DNA of 64,000 nt. Origin: an uncultured archaeon. GTDB taxonomy: Archaea; Aenigmatarchaeota; Aenigmatarchaeia; QMZP01; QMZT01. Both the position numbers and the translations under genes were made by a program. How positions within the stretch are numbered: position 1 is the stretch's first letter; every line of letters starts with the position of its first letter. Location of the stretch: contig CAYFWU010000002.1 in NCBI GenBank assembly GCA_964347025.1, positions 5,187 to 69,186 on the forward strand, in the 5' to 3' direction. The notes beneath the pieces were generated by a model. That model made no database searches. It was not told the origin of the DNA and saw nothing but the letters and a program-made list of their open reading frames with translations. Positions 45,601-52,878 of this stretch are shown here, piece after piece.

Positions 45601-46841
45601 GTATAGTCTCCTATTGATGTTGCACTATTCCCTGTTGCTTGTGCAAGTTCCCCTATTGCTGTTGCGTGGTCTACTGTTGCGTCTGAGTTGAGTCCCACTG
45701 CCGTTGAATAATCTCCTGATGCATTTGCTGAGTACCCTAGCGCTACTGCGTTTGATCCTGTTGCTTGCGCTCCATAACCCAAAGCTGCTGCGCTTACACC
45801 TGTTGCATCTGCATCGGCTCCCAAAACTACTGCGAACTTTCCTGCGGCGTTTGCATTCATTCCTATCGCTATTCCCTTTTCCTTTGGTGCATCTGAATAA
45901 CCACCCAGTGTTATTGAGTATTCACCTGTCGCATTTGCAGTATTTCCAATAGCAACTGTAGTGCCGTTTGTTGCTTGTGCATTGGTCCCTATTGCCAATG
46001 AATTGCTCCCTGTTGCTGATGCACTGTCTCCTATAAAGAAGAAGGTAGGCATGGTGATGTTCCCGCTGATGTTCATGCTCGTATTAACGTCAATAAAGGT
46101 TCCGTAATCAGTTATCGAGCTGTTGCCGAGCGTGAACTGACCTGTCCATTTTGGTATTATATTGGCTCCTCCGTTTCCTGTGACGTTACCTCCTGAGTTC
46201 TCATCGAGTGCACAATCCCAATCGTTCGCAGATGTCCTCTTAAGTATTTCACCATCAGAACACGTCAATCCATCAGGCATTATCTCATCATAGAAGATCA
46301 CGCTTCCTGTAGCATTGACATCACCAACTACATCCAGCTCCTGCTGCGGAGTTGCTGTTCCTATTCCAACTCTGTCTGATGTGTCATTAATGTACAGGAT
46401 TCCGGATAAGTTAACAGCATTTTCCACTCCCGAGGCAACTTCAAATCGGTAAGTTGGTGTACTCGTCCCTATTCCAACCCTCCCATTCAGCGAATCCACG
46501 TACAAAGTATCGGTGCTAACTGTGAAGTTCTGGGTGACGCTCAGGTTGTTCGGGAATACGAAGTATCCCGATTCGAACGTCCCTGACGATATCCTTGAAG
46601 CCGCATGACCCGGATCAGCCGGGGAGGCCTGAACTGTTGTCACCAGGGAGGTGAGACACGCGACCAAAATGATCGATAGAGCTACCGCTAAACAAGGTCG
46701 CGCTCTGGGCTTCGCCATTTCACACAAACCGGCTAACTCAGAGCCAATTTGTCTGGAGTTACTAACGAAGGTATATGCGTTCCTTAACGAACGCAGGGCC
46801 ACCTCCAGTATGGCGAAGATTACGGTTGCAAACCAGTTCAT
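42642..46841 (-). CDS. Secreted giant fibre protein: YadA-head-like 14-residue beta-roll, fibre-shaft-like repeats, and repeated (V)GIGT..P...L(D/E)V modules
   Basis: 1399 aa. The likely real start is 46718 (MAKPRARPCLAVALSIILVACLTSLVTTVQA|SP, a signal peptide). Residues ~271-470 form 13-14 exact 14-residue repeats (SLAIGTNAQATNGT / TVAIGNTANATGEY / ...). There is no C-terminal TM. Confidence 0.8.
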   Translation of the reverse strand: MNWFATVIFAILEVALRSLRNAYTFVSNSRQIGSELAGLCEMAKPRARPCLAVALSIILVACLTSLVTTVQASPADPGHAASRISSGTFESGYFVFPNNLSVTQNFTVSTDTLYVDSLNGRVGIGTSTPTYRFEVASGVENAVNLSGILYINDTSDRVGIGTATPQQELDVVGDVNATGSVIFYDEIMPDGLTCSDGEILKRTSANDWDCALDENSGGNVTGNGGANIIPKWTGQFTLGNSSITDYGTFIDVNTSMNISGNITMPTFFFIGDSASATGSNSLAIGTNAQATNGTTVAIGNTANATGEYSITLGGYSDAPKEKGIAIGMNANAAGKFAVVLGADADATGVSAAALGYGAQATGSNAVALGYSANASGDYSTAVGLNSDATVDHATAIGELAQATGNSATSIGDYTRATATAATALGDSANATGQYATALGAEADAIHDNSVALGREAVTTAANQLMIGSPSYNLNTEVHGNINSTNYINATTDVCVQGGNCLSVVGGDITAVLEGWGINVTNSGGPQPRVNLSSFSAGDGLAFSQGVLSVNAGSGLQTSGDNVEVIAGSGLGINIDDVVVNTGNGIQISSDTVVLNQSCADGEVLKWNNTESAWICASDDDSGGTGDVTDVLQGWGITVTDPGGPQPRVNLSSGSAGTGISYTNGVLAINDGDGLGTSGDNVLVNVGNGIEISSDTVVLNQSCSNGEVLKWVSSGSYWNCSEDDGIGSESDTLDSVADRGATTDQNLTIDSDSDGVTNIADTLYVDGSSDQVGIGTQTPQQELDVVGNINATDNVTSMSDGMFSNQFRVRNKNTLNISTIETAWISVPKIQIPYYTNGDGPVYIIPDGSGNVSIGSTTTDGNRLYVSGNLEVNSGSIDVNASAPVINFVNETGNLALIRVQGGFMDIGDTTAAAPHLGLRLATSDLIRLTVLSSGEVGINAETPQNMLDVKGDINATGTINSSTDVCIQGGNCLSNVLGSESDTLQTVTTRGATTTDNVTIDSDSDGLTNISGTLYVDGSSDQVGIGTASPNRLLHVGNGTDAGQSYTTILATSTGDTGITVRDSTSDVEIEMTVFGGNGYVGAKTYDQLRFFTNDRWGDLVIDADGNIGINTTIPQTIFEIFTNHTSDGAFRLTRAATGRYGYLDVPHGAGSPFSIGASDGSSEVDAIQFATDTAGLGDIWVPNGKVGIGTTDPQQQLDVVGNINSTNYINATTDVCIQGGNCLSNVLGSESDTLQTVTTRGATTTDNVTIDSDSDGVTNIADTLYVDGSSDQVGIGTSNPNVDLEIADSSANAVLEVNRTDGVTAKISARVNEALFGTTTNHNLRLITNNAAKIYILNTGEVGIGDSTPDAILEVLDNSGSQLVLTHTDNVDYANFTVDSDGNLTISSSSGNVIIQLG

Positions 46842-46887
46842 TTCTCTTCACCTCCCCTTTGTGACTTATTGGTCACCATGATATCAC

Positions 46888-48975
46888 CTAAAAGTCCGAA
46901 TAGTAATGGAAATCATTTTTGAAGTACATATTGCCGGTTGCGGCATCTATGTAACCTTGGACATTACCTCCTGAATCTTTAATTATGAAGTCATCCCCTC
47001 CCGAAGGGTTTAAGCTTTCCGTGTGTATGAACCTGCCTGTCGTTGCAAGGTTTCCGTATTCATCTATGTAGAGAACTGGCGTTCCTCCTGAATTGTGTAT
47101 TATGAAGCTGTTGTCAGGAGGAGAAAGCGAACCCTGATCATACGAATACGAGCCCTTGACATCAACATTCCCGAACTGATCAAACCTTGCGACGAACCCT
47201 GTGCTGTTTTCTACAAAAAGGCAGGGATTTGATGAATCACAGGTAGTGTTCGAGCCACCTTCGGTTATGTTCTCATCGCAGTCATTATCCACGCATAAGT
47301 ATTGCGTCGCCCCTTTCAAGCACTGCGCATCTGTCTGGCAGTCGTACCAGGTTCCCGAGCTGCACCAATCGTTATCACCATCGTTATCCACGTCTTTGTC
47401 CGTGTCTCCACTTGATGCGAAACAATTTCCGCCCTGATCTGCGGGATCATAACAATCCGATGCTACTTCATCCCAGTCATTGTCGAATGGACAACCATCT
47501 GTTGGTATACATAGATCCCAAGTGCCGCAGGTGTTGCAGATACAACCATCCGCGTTGTCGCATGCGCCGCCACCCGCCGTTCCTGCATATTCCGTGTCCT
47601 GCATGCAGTTCCCGGATGTGCATGCAGTTTCTAAATCACAATCTGAAAACCCATTGTTCCTCGTGTAAATACAATCGTTGCTTGTACAGGCTTCGGCACA
47701 ATCGGTGCCTCCGTAACATGTTTGAGAACTTTCCCCTTCTGCATACTCTCCTGCCGGGTCGCAGTGACCTGTAGTAGTACAATCTACCCAAGTGTTAGAG
47801 CTTGAACATACATCATCATCCGCGTTGGAATCAACGTCCGCTGTTCCGGAAAGTGCATAGCACGTATCAGCATCAACGCAGTCGGTCGAAGGATTGCAGC
47901 AGGCGTCTGTTGATGCTGGCGGGTTTTCTATAGAAGCCCCATATAAACCGGTTAGATAATTCTCCCCGCTGTCATCACCACAACATTCCGCAGTGGTTCC
48001 GGCATCGAAAGAGAAACCACGGGTCGGTCCCCAGCAACTCCCTCCCGAACACCCGGTCGCCCCCTCGCTGCAGTCACACCAGTTCTCATCTCCGTCCCAG
48101 CTTACAGTGTAAAGGTTAAGGGGGCCTGAAGTCCCTGAAGTTTCGTTTTCGTAGAGGTTGCAGACAGAGGGCGTATCTCCTCCGGATGCATTGGCAGTTA
48201 CATTCGCGGTGTACTGACCTTCTGTCGGGCAGAACGTGTATCCAAGCGTGTAGTTCCAGCTCTCGTTAATCCAAAATGGACTGGCGTCACATACACCTGT
48301 CTGTTCCCAGTAAGTCATTGTATACGTATCTGTAGTCCCCCCTCCTGATGGGGCTGTAACATTGACCCACATGTCAGCGACATCACAGCAGTGACAGGGA
48401 ACCACATCCGTTCCTGTGCAGTCTGCCCAGTTTTCAGCGTACACTTCCTCTCCCAGAAAAGAGAATTTCAGATAGTGATGACCTGTCTGCAGGATTCGCA
48501 GAACCAGCTTCCCTTTTTCACTGCATTCCCAGTCCCTTGCAATGATCTTTCCGTTGTCTATCCCCTCAGTCCATGTATCGCTTTTACCTTTTCCGGAGAA
48601 ATGCCTCTCCACGCTCGCTAGCTCATCGCCGCAGTAGAGCTGGAGGAACTCGACATTCCTCTGGAAATACGTCTTCTGGTAGGCCTCTATTTCCAGATCT
48701 CCCTTCCCCTTGGTCTCGAACTCTACGATCCACCTCCCCCACACTGTAGGTTTGGAAACGGGATTCAGGATCTTTATGTGTTCGGTTTCGTATTCGAGTT
48801 CGGGTTGCATCTCTCCCTTTGGGAAGATCAGGTTCATGAGCATTTCCCAGATCGTTGTTTGTTCAGCTCTAACCTCGATGGGGAATGCTGATAGGATTAG
48901 ACAGATCGTTATTCCTATTACCAGTATCATTTTCTTATTCATTTCCGCCTCCCAGAGTAATGATTGGAGCTTCAT
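46888..48975 (-). CDS. Secreted cysteine- and aspartate-rich protein (hypothetical)
   Basis: 695 aa. The likely start is 48942 (MNKKMILVIGITICLILSAFPIEVRA), overlapping the regulator stop as ATGAATAA. The centre has dozens of Cys with D-rich stretches (GDTDKDVDNDGDNDWC). The C-terminus has repeats F.I.(N/D)SGG..v.YID..GN. Confidence 0.65.
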   Translation of the reverse strand: MKLQSLLWEAEMNKKMILVIGITICLILSAFPIEVRAEQTTIWEMLMNLIFPKGEMQPELEYETEHIKILNPVSKPTVWGRWIVEFETKGKGDLEIEAYQKTYFQRNVEFLQLYCGDELASVERHFSGKGKSDTWTEGIDNGKIIARDWECSEKGKLVLRILQTGHHYLKFSFLGEEVYAENWADCTGTDVVPCHCCDVADMWVNVTAPSGGGTTDTYTMTYWEQTGVCDASPFWINESWNYTLGYTFCPTEGQYTANVTANASGGDTPSVCNLYENETSGTSGPLNLYTVSWDGDENWCDCSEGATGCSGGSCWGPTRGFSFDAGTTAECCGDDSGENYLTGLYGASIENPPASTDACCNPSTDCVDADTCYALSGTADVDSNADDDVCSSSNTWVDCTTTGHCDPAGEYAEGESSQTCYGGTDCAEACTSNDCIYTRNNGFSDCDLETACTSGNCMQDTEYAGTAGGGACDNADGCICNTCGTWDLCIPTDGCPFDNDWDEVASDCYDPADQGGNCFASSGDTDKDVDNDGDNDWCSSGTWYDCQTDAQCLKGATQYLCVDNDCDENITEGGSNTTCDSSNPCLFVENSTGFVARFDQFGNVDVKGSYSYDQGSLSPPDNSFIIHNSGGTPVLYIDEYGNLATTGRFIHTESLNPSGGDDFIIKDSGGNVQGYIDAATGNMYFKNDFHYYSDF

Positions 48976-49186
48976 TCCTTGGTTCAGCGTTTTCCGTCAG
49001 TGAAAAGAGCTTCGCCTTGCCAACATCCCTTCTCTTAACATGACCCTTCGCTTCAAGAACAGCGAGGTATTTAGAAGCTGTTACACGATGGACATTCGCC
49101 TTTTCGGCTATCTCAAGAATGGTGAGAGAAATATCGGATTTTCTTAATACGTCAATTATCAACTCCTCTAAAAAATCAGGACCCAT
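48935..49186 (-). CDS. Winged-helix transcriptional regulator (first gene of the surface gene block)
   Basis: 83 aa. TILEIAEKANVHRVTASKYLAVLEAKGHVKRRDVGKAKLFSL is an HTH plus wing. Confidence 0.75.
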   Translation of the reverse strand: MGPDFLEELIIDVLRKSDISLTILEIAEKANVHRVTASKYLAVLEAKGHVKRRDVGKAKLFSLTENAEPRNEAPIITLGGGNE

Positions 49187-49213
49187 TTACCCAACCCTTT
49201 GAAGGCGAAAGCC

Positions 49214-49266
49214 TTAGACATCAGTGACTAACATTAATGTCTATTTTTAGACATTAATGACTAACA
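49214..49266. promoter_or_regulatory. Candidate operator: a 12-bp perfect inverted repeat embedded in two 20-bp direct repeats
   Basis: CATTAATGTCTA tttt TAGACATTAATG lies at 49232-49259. TTAGACATCAGTGACTAACA (49214-33) and TTAGACATTAATGACTAACA (49247-66) are 18/20 identical and 33 bp apart. The site sits in the 165-bp divergent region between the wHTH gene and the Dpm1-like GT2 gene. Confidence 0.5.
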
Positions 49267-49351
49267 CCCCATTAATTAATTATTGGTATGAATCCTATAT
49301 ATTTTTTATCTCTATATAACTTATAGTCTGTATCTGGAAAATGGTGTTAGA

Positions 49352-50062
49352 ATGCAGAAAGTAAAGAAAGATATTGTTTCCATTGTGATACCAACATACA
49401 ACGAGAGGGAGAACATCGAGGTGCTGATACCCAGAATTTTCGACGCCCTTGAAAAGAAAAAGGTAAAGGGAGAAGTGATAATAGTTGATGACAATTCTCC
49501 TGACAAGACAGGAATTGCGGCAGAGGGATTTAAAGAGAAGTACAGGGTCAATGTTATACACAGGAAGGCTAAACTTGATTTATCTTCAGCTGTCTTAGAA
49601 GGTTTTAAAATAGCGGAGGGAGAAATAATTGGAGTGATGGATGCTGATATTTCACACCCTCCTGAATCAATACCAAAACTGGCGAAACCAATATTCAAAG
49701 GAGAGGCTGATTTTGTTGTTGGCAGCAGATACATGGAAGGAGGGGAAATAAAGGATTGGCCATTAAGCAGGATTGTTATTTCGAAATTCGCTGGTTTTAT
49801 GGCGAGAGGTTTAACTAACATTAAAGATCCGATGTCAGGCTTCTATTTCTTTAAAAGAAAGGTCATAGAATCAGTTAACCTAAAAACAACCGGATATAAG
49901 ATAGGATTGGAAATTGTTGTCAAGGGAAGATACGGGAAGTTGAAGGAGATTCCTTATACCTTCACTCAGAGAAAAACTGGAGAAAGCAAATTTAGTTTCA
50001 AGGAAGTTTTAAATTATGTCACAAACCTTTTCAAATTGTACTGTTACAAGGTAAAGAAATGA
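49352..50062 (+). CDS. GT2 glycosyltransferase, dolichyl/polyprenyl-phosphate mannose (or hexose) synthase-like
   Basis: 236 aa. VSIVIPTYNERENI, IIVDDNSPDKTG, VMDADISHPPE, VVGSRY. Confidence 0.8.
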   Translation: MQKVKKDIVSIVIPTYNERENIEVLIPRIFDALEKKKVKGEVIIVDDNSPDKTGIAAEGFKEKYRVNVIHRKAKLDLSSAVLEGFKIAEGEIIGVMDADISHPPESIPKLAKPIFKGEADFVVGSRYMEGGEIKDWPLSRIVISKFAGFMARGLTNIKDPMSGFYFFKRKVIESVNLKTTGYKIGLEIVVKGRYGKLKEIPYTFTQRKTGESKFSFKEVLNYVTNLFKLYCYKVKK

Positions 50063-50443
50063 TCACTCGATATCCAACCACTGCTTTTTCATGGCAATAC
50101 TTTCCAGACAGGCTCCCTTCAAACCCTCTTCTAGTATGTCCTCACACATTCCCTCCTCCAGCGAAACCCTTGCTATACAGAAAATCCTTATATCCCGATC
50201 GTCTATCATTTCGCATAGTTCGAGGTCCGAGTTTATCTCAGCCACGTCGGAAAGACAGAAATCCCTATTCTCTGTTTTTTCACAGTCCCCAAGCTTAGGA
50301 TATTCAGGGTATGTAGAACTAAGGCTTTGTGGTTGCTGGGTTTCATGTTCTATCTCCCCTGTTGGGAGAGTGACCTCGAACGGTATGAATAGCACGACCA
50401 AGACGACAACAATCGCTATCAGGACATAGAGAAGGACCCTCAT
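50063..50443 (-). CDS. N-terminally anchored small Cys-repeat protein (hypothetical)
   Basis: 126 aa. TM VLLYVLIAIVVVLVVLFIPF, then four to five repeats of the form ...C(L/E/I)....A. Confidence 0.4.
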   Translation of the reverse strand: MRVLLYVLIAIVVVLVVLFIPFEVTLPTGEIEHETQQPQSLSSTYPEYPKLGDCEKTENRDFCLSDVAEINSDLELCEMIDDRDIRIFCIARVSLEEGMCEDILEEGLKGACLESIAMKKQWLDIE

Positions 50444-50495
50444 AATAAAAACAGTGTTAAATAAAAATAAATAACTTTGATTTTCAATCTATAAA

Positions 50496-51545
50496 ATGCT
50501 CAAACTCTTAAGACCTGTTTTGAGAACAAAGATAAACAGGAAATTCGATAGATTCAACCTACCCTACAAGGTAAATCTGCACATAACCTATTCTTGTAAT
50601 TCCAGATGCAAAACCTGTTTCATCTGGGAGAAATACAGGAAAAAACCTGAGCTGAAAGACAGGGAGTTAAAGACAGACCAATGGAAAAGGTTTTTTGAAA
50701 ATTTAGGCGACAGACTTTACTGGGTTTCAATAGGAGGTGGAGAACCTTTCATGAGGGATGATCTGGTGGGAATAGTCTCCTCCATGAATACAAAAAATTT
50801 ATGCGTACTGAGCATTAATACCAACGGCCAGCTGACAGAAAAAATATACAAAACAATGAAAGAATTGCTGGACATGATACCTGAGAATGTCAGGGTATTT
50901 CTTGCAGTGAGCCTTCTGGGTTATGAAGATACACACAACCTTGTTTCGGGAAAGGAAAACGCATTCAAAACTTCAGAAAAAACATACAAGAAGTTGGAAT
51001 CTTTACAAACAAAATATGAGAACCTTTACCTTGAAAGGGAACTCGTGGTTAACAAATACAATGTTAATGAGATGCACAAAATAGCGGAAAAACTCAATGA
51101 AGAAAAAATTCCCTTTACACTCACATTTTCACAGGAATCAGATTATTACGATAACATGGGAAAGAACGTTGGATTATCCTCAAAAGAAAGGAAATTGGTT
51201 GCTAATATCTTAAAGAACTTGCGAATCCCCAGATACCAACGTGTAGATATAATTAAAGAGGTGTTCAAGAAAACCGCGATTAAATTCTTCGAAAGCGGAG
51301 AAATTCCGAAATGCTATTCTTCATGGTGTTCTGTTAGGATAGATCCCTACGGAAACGTCCATCCATGTATCATGAGAAACGAGCTTATAGGTAACCTTGT
51401 CGAAAATGAGATGGACCTAGAGAAGACTATGCAGAGAAGCGAAAAACTCAAGAAAATACAGGAAGAGATAAAGAAGAAGGAATGTTCCTGCTGGACTCCC
51501 TGCGAGGGTTATCAGAGTATTGTTCAAAATCTATCGTTTTTATAG
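50496..51545 (+). CDS. Radical SAM enzyme with a SPASM/twitch-like C-terminal Cys cluster
   Basis: 349 aa. CNSRCKTC is the CxxxCxxC motif; the C-terminus has CYSSWCSVRIDPYGNVHPC...CSCWTPC. Confidence 0.8.
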   Translation: MLKLLRPVLRTKINRKFDRFNLPYKVNLHITYSCNSRCKTCFIWEKYRKKPELKDRELKTDQWKRFFENLGDRLYWVSIGGGEPFMRDDLVGIVSSMNTKNLCVLSINTNGQLTEKIYKTMKELLDMIPENVRVFLAVSLLGYEDTHNLVSGKENAFKTSEKTYKKLESLQTKYENLYLERELVVNKYNVNEMHKIAEKLNEEKIPFTLTFSQESDYYDNMGKNVGLSSKERKLVANILKNLRIPRYQRVDIIKEVFKKTAIKFFESGEIPKCYSSWCSVRIDPYGNVHPCIMRNELIGNLVENEMDLEKTMQRSEKLKKIQEEIKKKECSCWTPCEGYQSIVQNLSFL

Positions 51546-51546
51546 T

Positions 51547-52878
51547 TCAGATTCTTAAAACTGTTTTCAGAAGCGTGACAAACATCTCGTAATCCCCTTT
51601 TTGTAAAAGGGTTTGTGTGTTTAAAATGTAGTTCAGGTAGTAGTATGTAAACCTCAGCTCGGTGTTTGAAACCCCTGAAAAGTTATGGTTTCTTGAAAAA
51701 TCGAATTCAATCCAGTCCTCTGTTGATTTCGGTTCAGAGAAGCCGTTTTTAACCAGGAAATTGTATAGGGAAGTTTCGGGATACGGCTGATAAAATCCTG
51801 CGTAGAGTACGCTCTTTAATCTCCTTGCAAGTTTTGCTGTTTGGGAGAGATCCTTCCTTGTTTCAGTCGGGATATCAAGCATGAAGGAAGCGACTGACCT
51901 CAAACCTATTTCATTGGAGAAGTCAAAAACGTCAATGATCTGTTTAACGCTGGTTCTTTTGTTTAGGAAATCCAGCATTCTCTGCGAACCGGATTCCACC
52001 CCGAAGAATATGTATTCGCAATCGTTTTTCTTGAATTCCTTAAGCATTTTTTTGTTAACATTGCTGACCCTAAACTGGCAGCCCCATCTTAAATCATGGC
52101 CTTTGAATAATCGAGACAATTGTATGGCTCTATCAGGATCGCTACCAATTAAATTATCCTCATAGTCTACCTTCAGGGCCTCTATTTTTGGATAAGAATT
52201 CAAAAGGTTTTCAAGGTTCTCTCTTACTCTCTTCAAAGAATAAGGTCTCCACCCTTCACAGTAGAAAACCTTGTTGTAGCAGAAGTTACAATCGTAGGGG
52301 CAACCCCGGGAAGTAGGCAGAGCCATTGTCCTAAAGCCCCCAATCCATTTGAAGGTATAATCCTTAACATCTATGATATCCCAGGGTATTGGGGACAGGG
52401 AATCGAGATTTTTGACAGGTTTTCCTGGAAGATTGGACCTTATCTTTCCATCATCCTTAAAAACTATGCCTTTCACCCTTTTCGGATTTTTCAGGTTGTT
52501 GATAAGATCACTGAAGATTAAATCTCCTTCCCCGGCAACAACGAAGTCCACGTAATCCTCTCTAATTACCTGATAAGGTAGGAGGGATGAATGAACGCCA
52601 CCCCACACCACTTTAGCCTGTGTGTTTTCCTTTGAGAATTTCGAAATTTCAACACAGGACTTCAGAGACTTTCCCGTCCAGCCAGTAAGCCCTATAACGT
52701 CGGGATCCGATTTCTTGATTTTCTTTTTAACCCGATCAATAGGAAGTTTATTGCAATCCAGGATTTCAACATCATTTCCCTCTTTCTCTGGGAGAGCCGC
52801 TACCTGAAGCAGACCCAAGGGTATTGAAGGAACCTTACCGGGAAATTTTGTTTCAGGATTTATGAGCAATATTTTCAT
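51547..52878 (-). CDS. B12-binding-domain radical SAM enzyme
   Basis: 443 aa. It has an N-terminal cobalamin-binding-like Rossmann domain (MKILLINPE...DVIGLTGWT) and TSRGCPYDCNFC. Confidence 0.8.
   Translation of the reverse strand: MKILLINPETKFPGKVPSIPLGLLQVAALPEKEGNDVEILDCNKLPIDRVKKKIKKSDPDVIGLTGWTGKSLKSCVEISKFSKENTQAKVVWGGVHSSLLPYQVIREDYVDFVVAGEGDLIFSDLINNLKNPKRVKGIVFKDDGKIRSNLPGKPVKNLDSLSPIPWDIIDVKDYTFKWIGGFRTMALPTSRGCPYDCNFCYNKVFYCEGWRPYSLKRVRENLENLLNSYPKIEALKVDYEDNLIGSDPDRAIQLSRLFKGHDLRWGCQFRVSNVNKKMLKEFKKNDCEYIFFGVESGSQRMLDFLNKRTSVKQIIDVFDFSNEIGLRSVASFMLDIPTETRKDLSQTAKLARRLKSVLYAGFYQPYPETSLYNFLVKNGFSEPKSTEDWIEFDFSRNHNFSGVSNTELRFTYYYLNYILNTQTLLQKGDYEMFVTLLKTVLRI

Noticed and set aside
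42642-46841. The fibre gene as part of a prophage or integrated virus, given its tail-fibre-like modules and higher G+C.
   Set aside because: No capsid, portal, terminase, integrase or baseplate genes flank it. The neighbours are cellular secreted proteins in the same co-directional gene block. Horizontal origin of the gene itself remains possible.
50063-50443. RiPP precursor peptides for the SPASM radical-SAM enzymes.
   Set aside because: The intergenic gaps next to the three SPASM genes are too short (7-80 bp) for a precursor ORF. The two small Cys-containing proteins (126 and 141 aa) have N-terminal TM anchors and look like membrane proteins rather than leader-core peptides. I cannot fully exclude this without a search.
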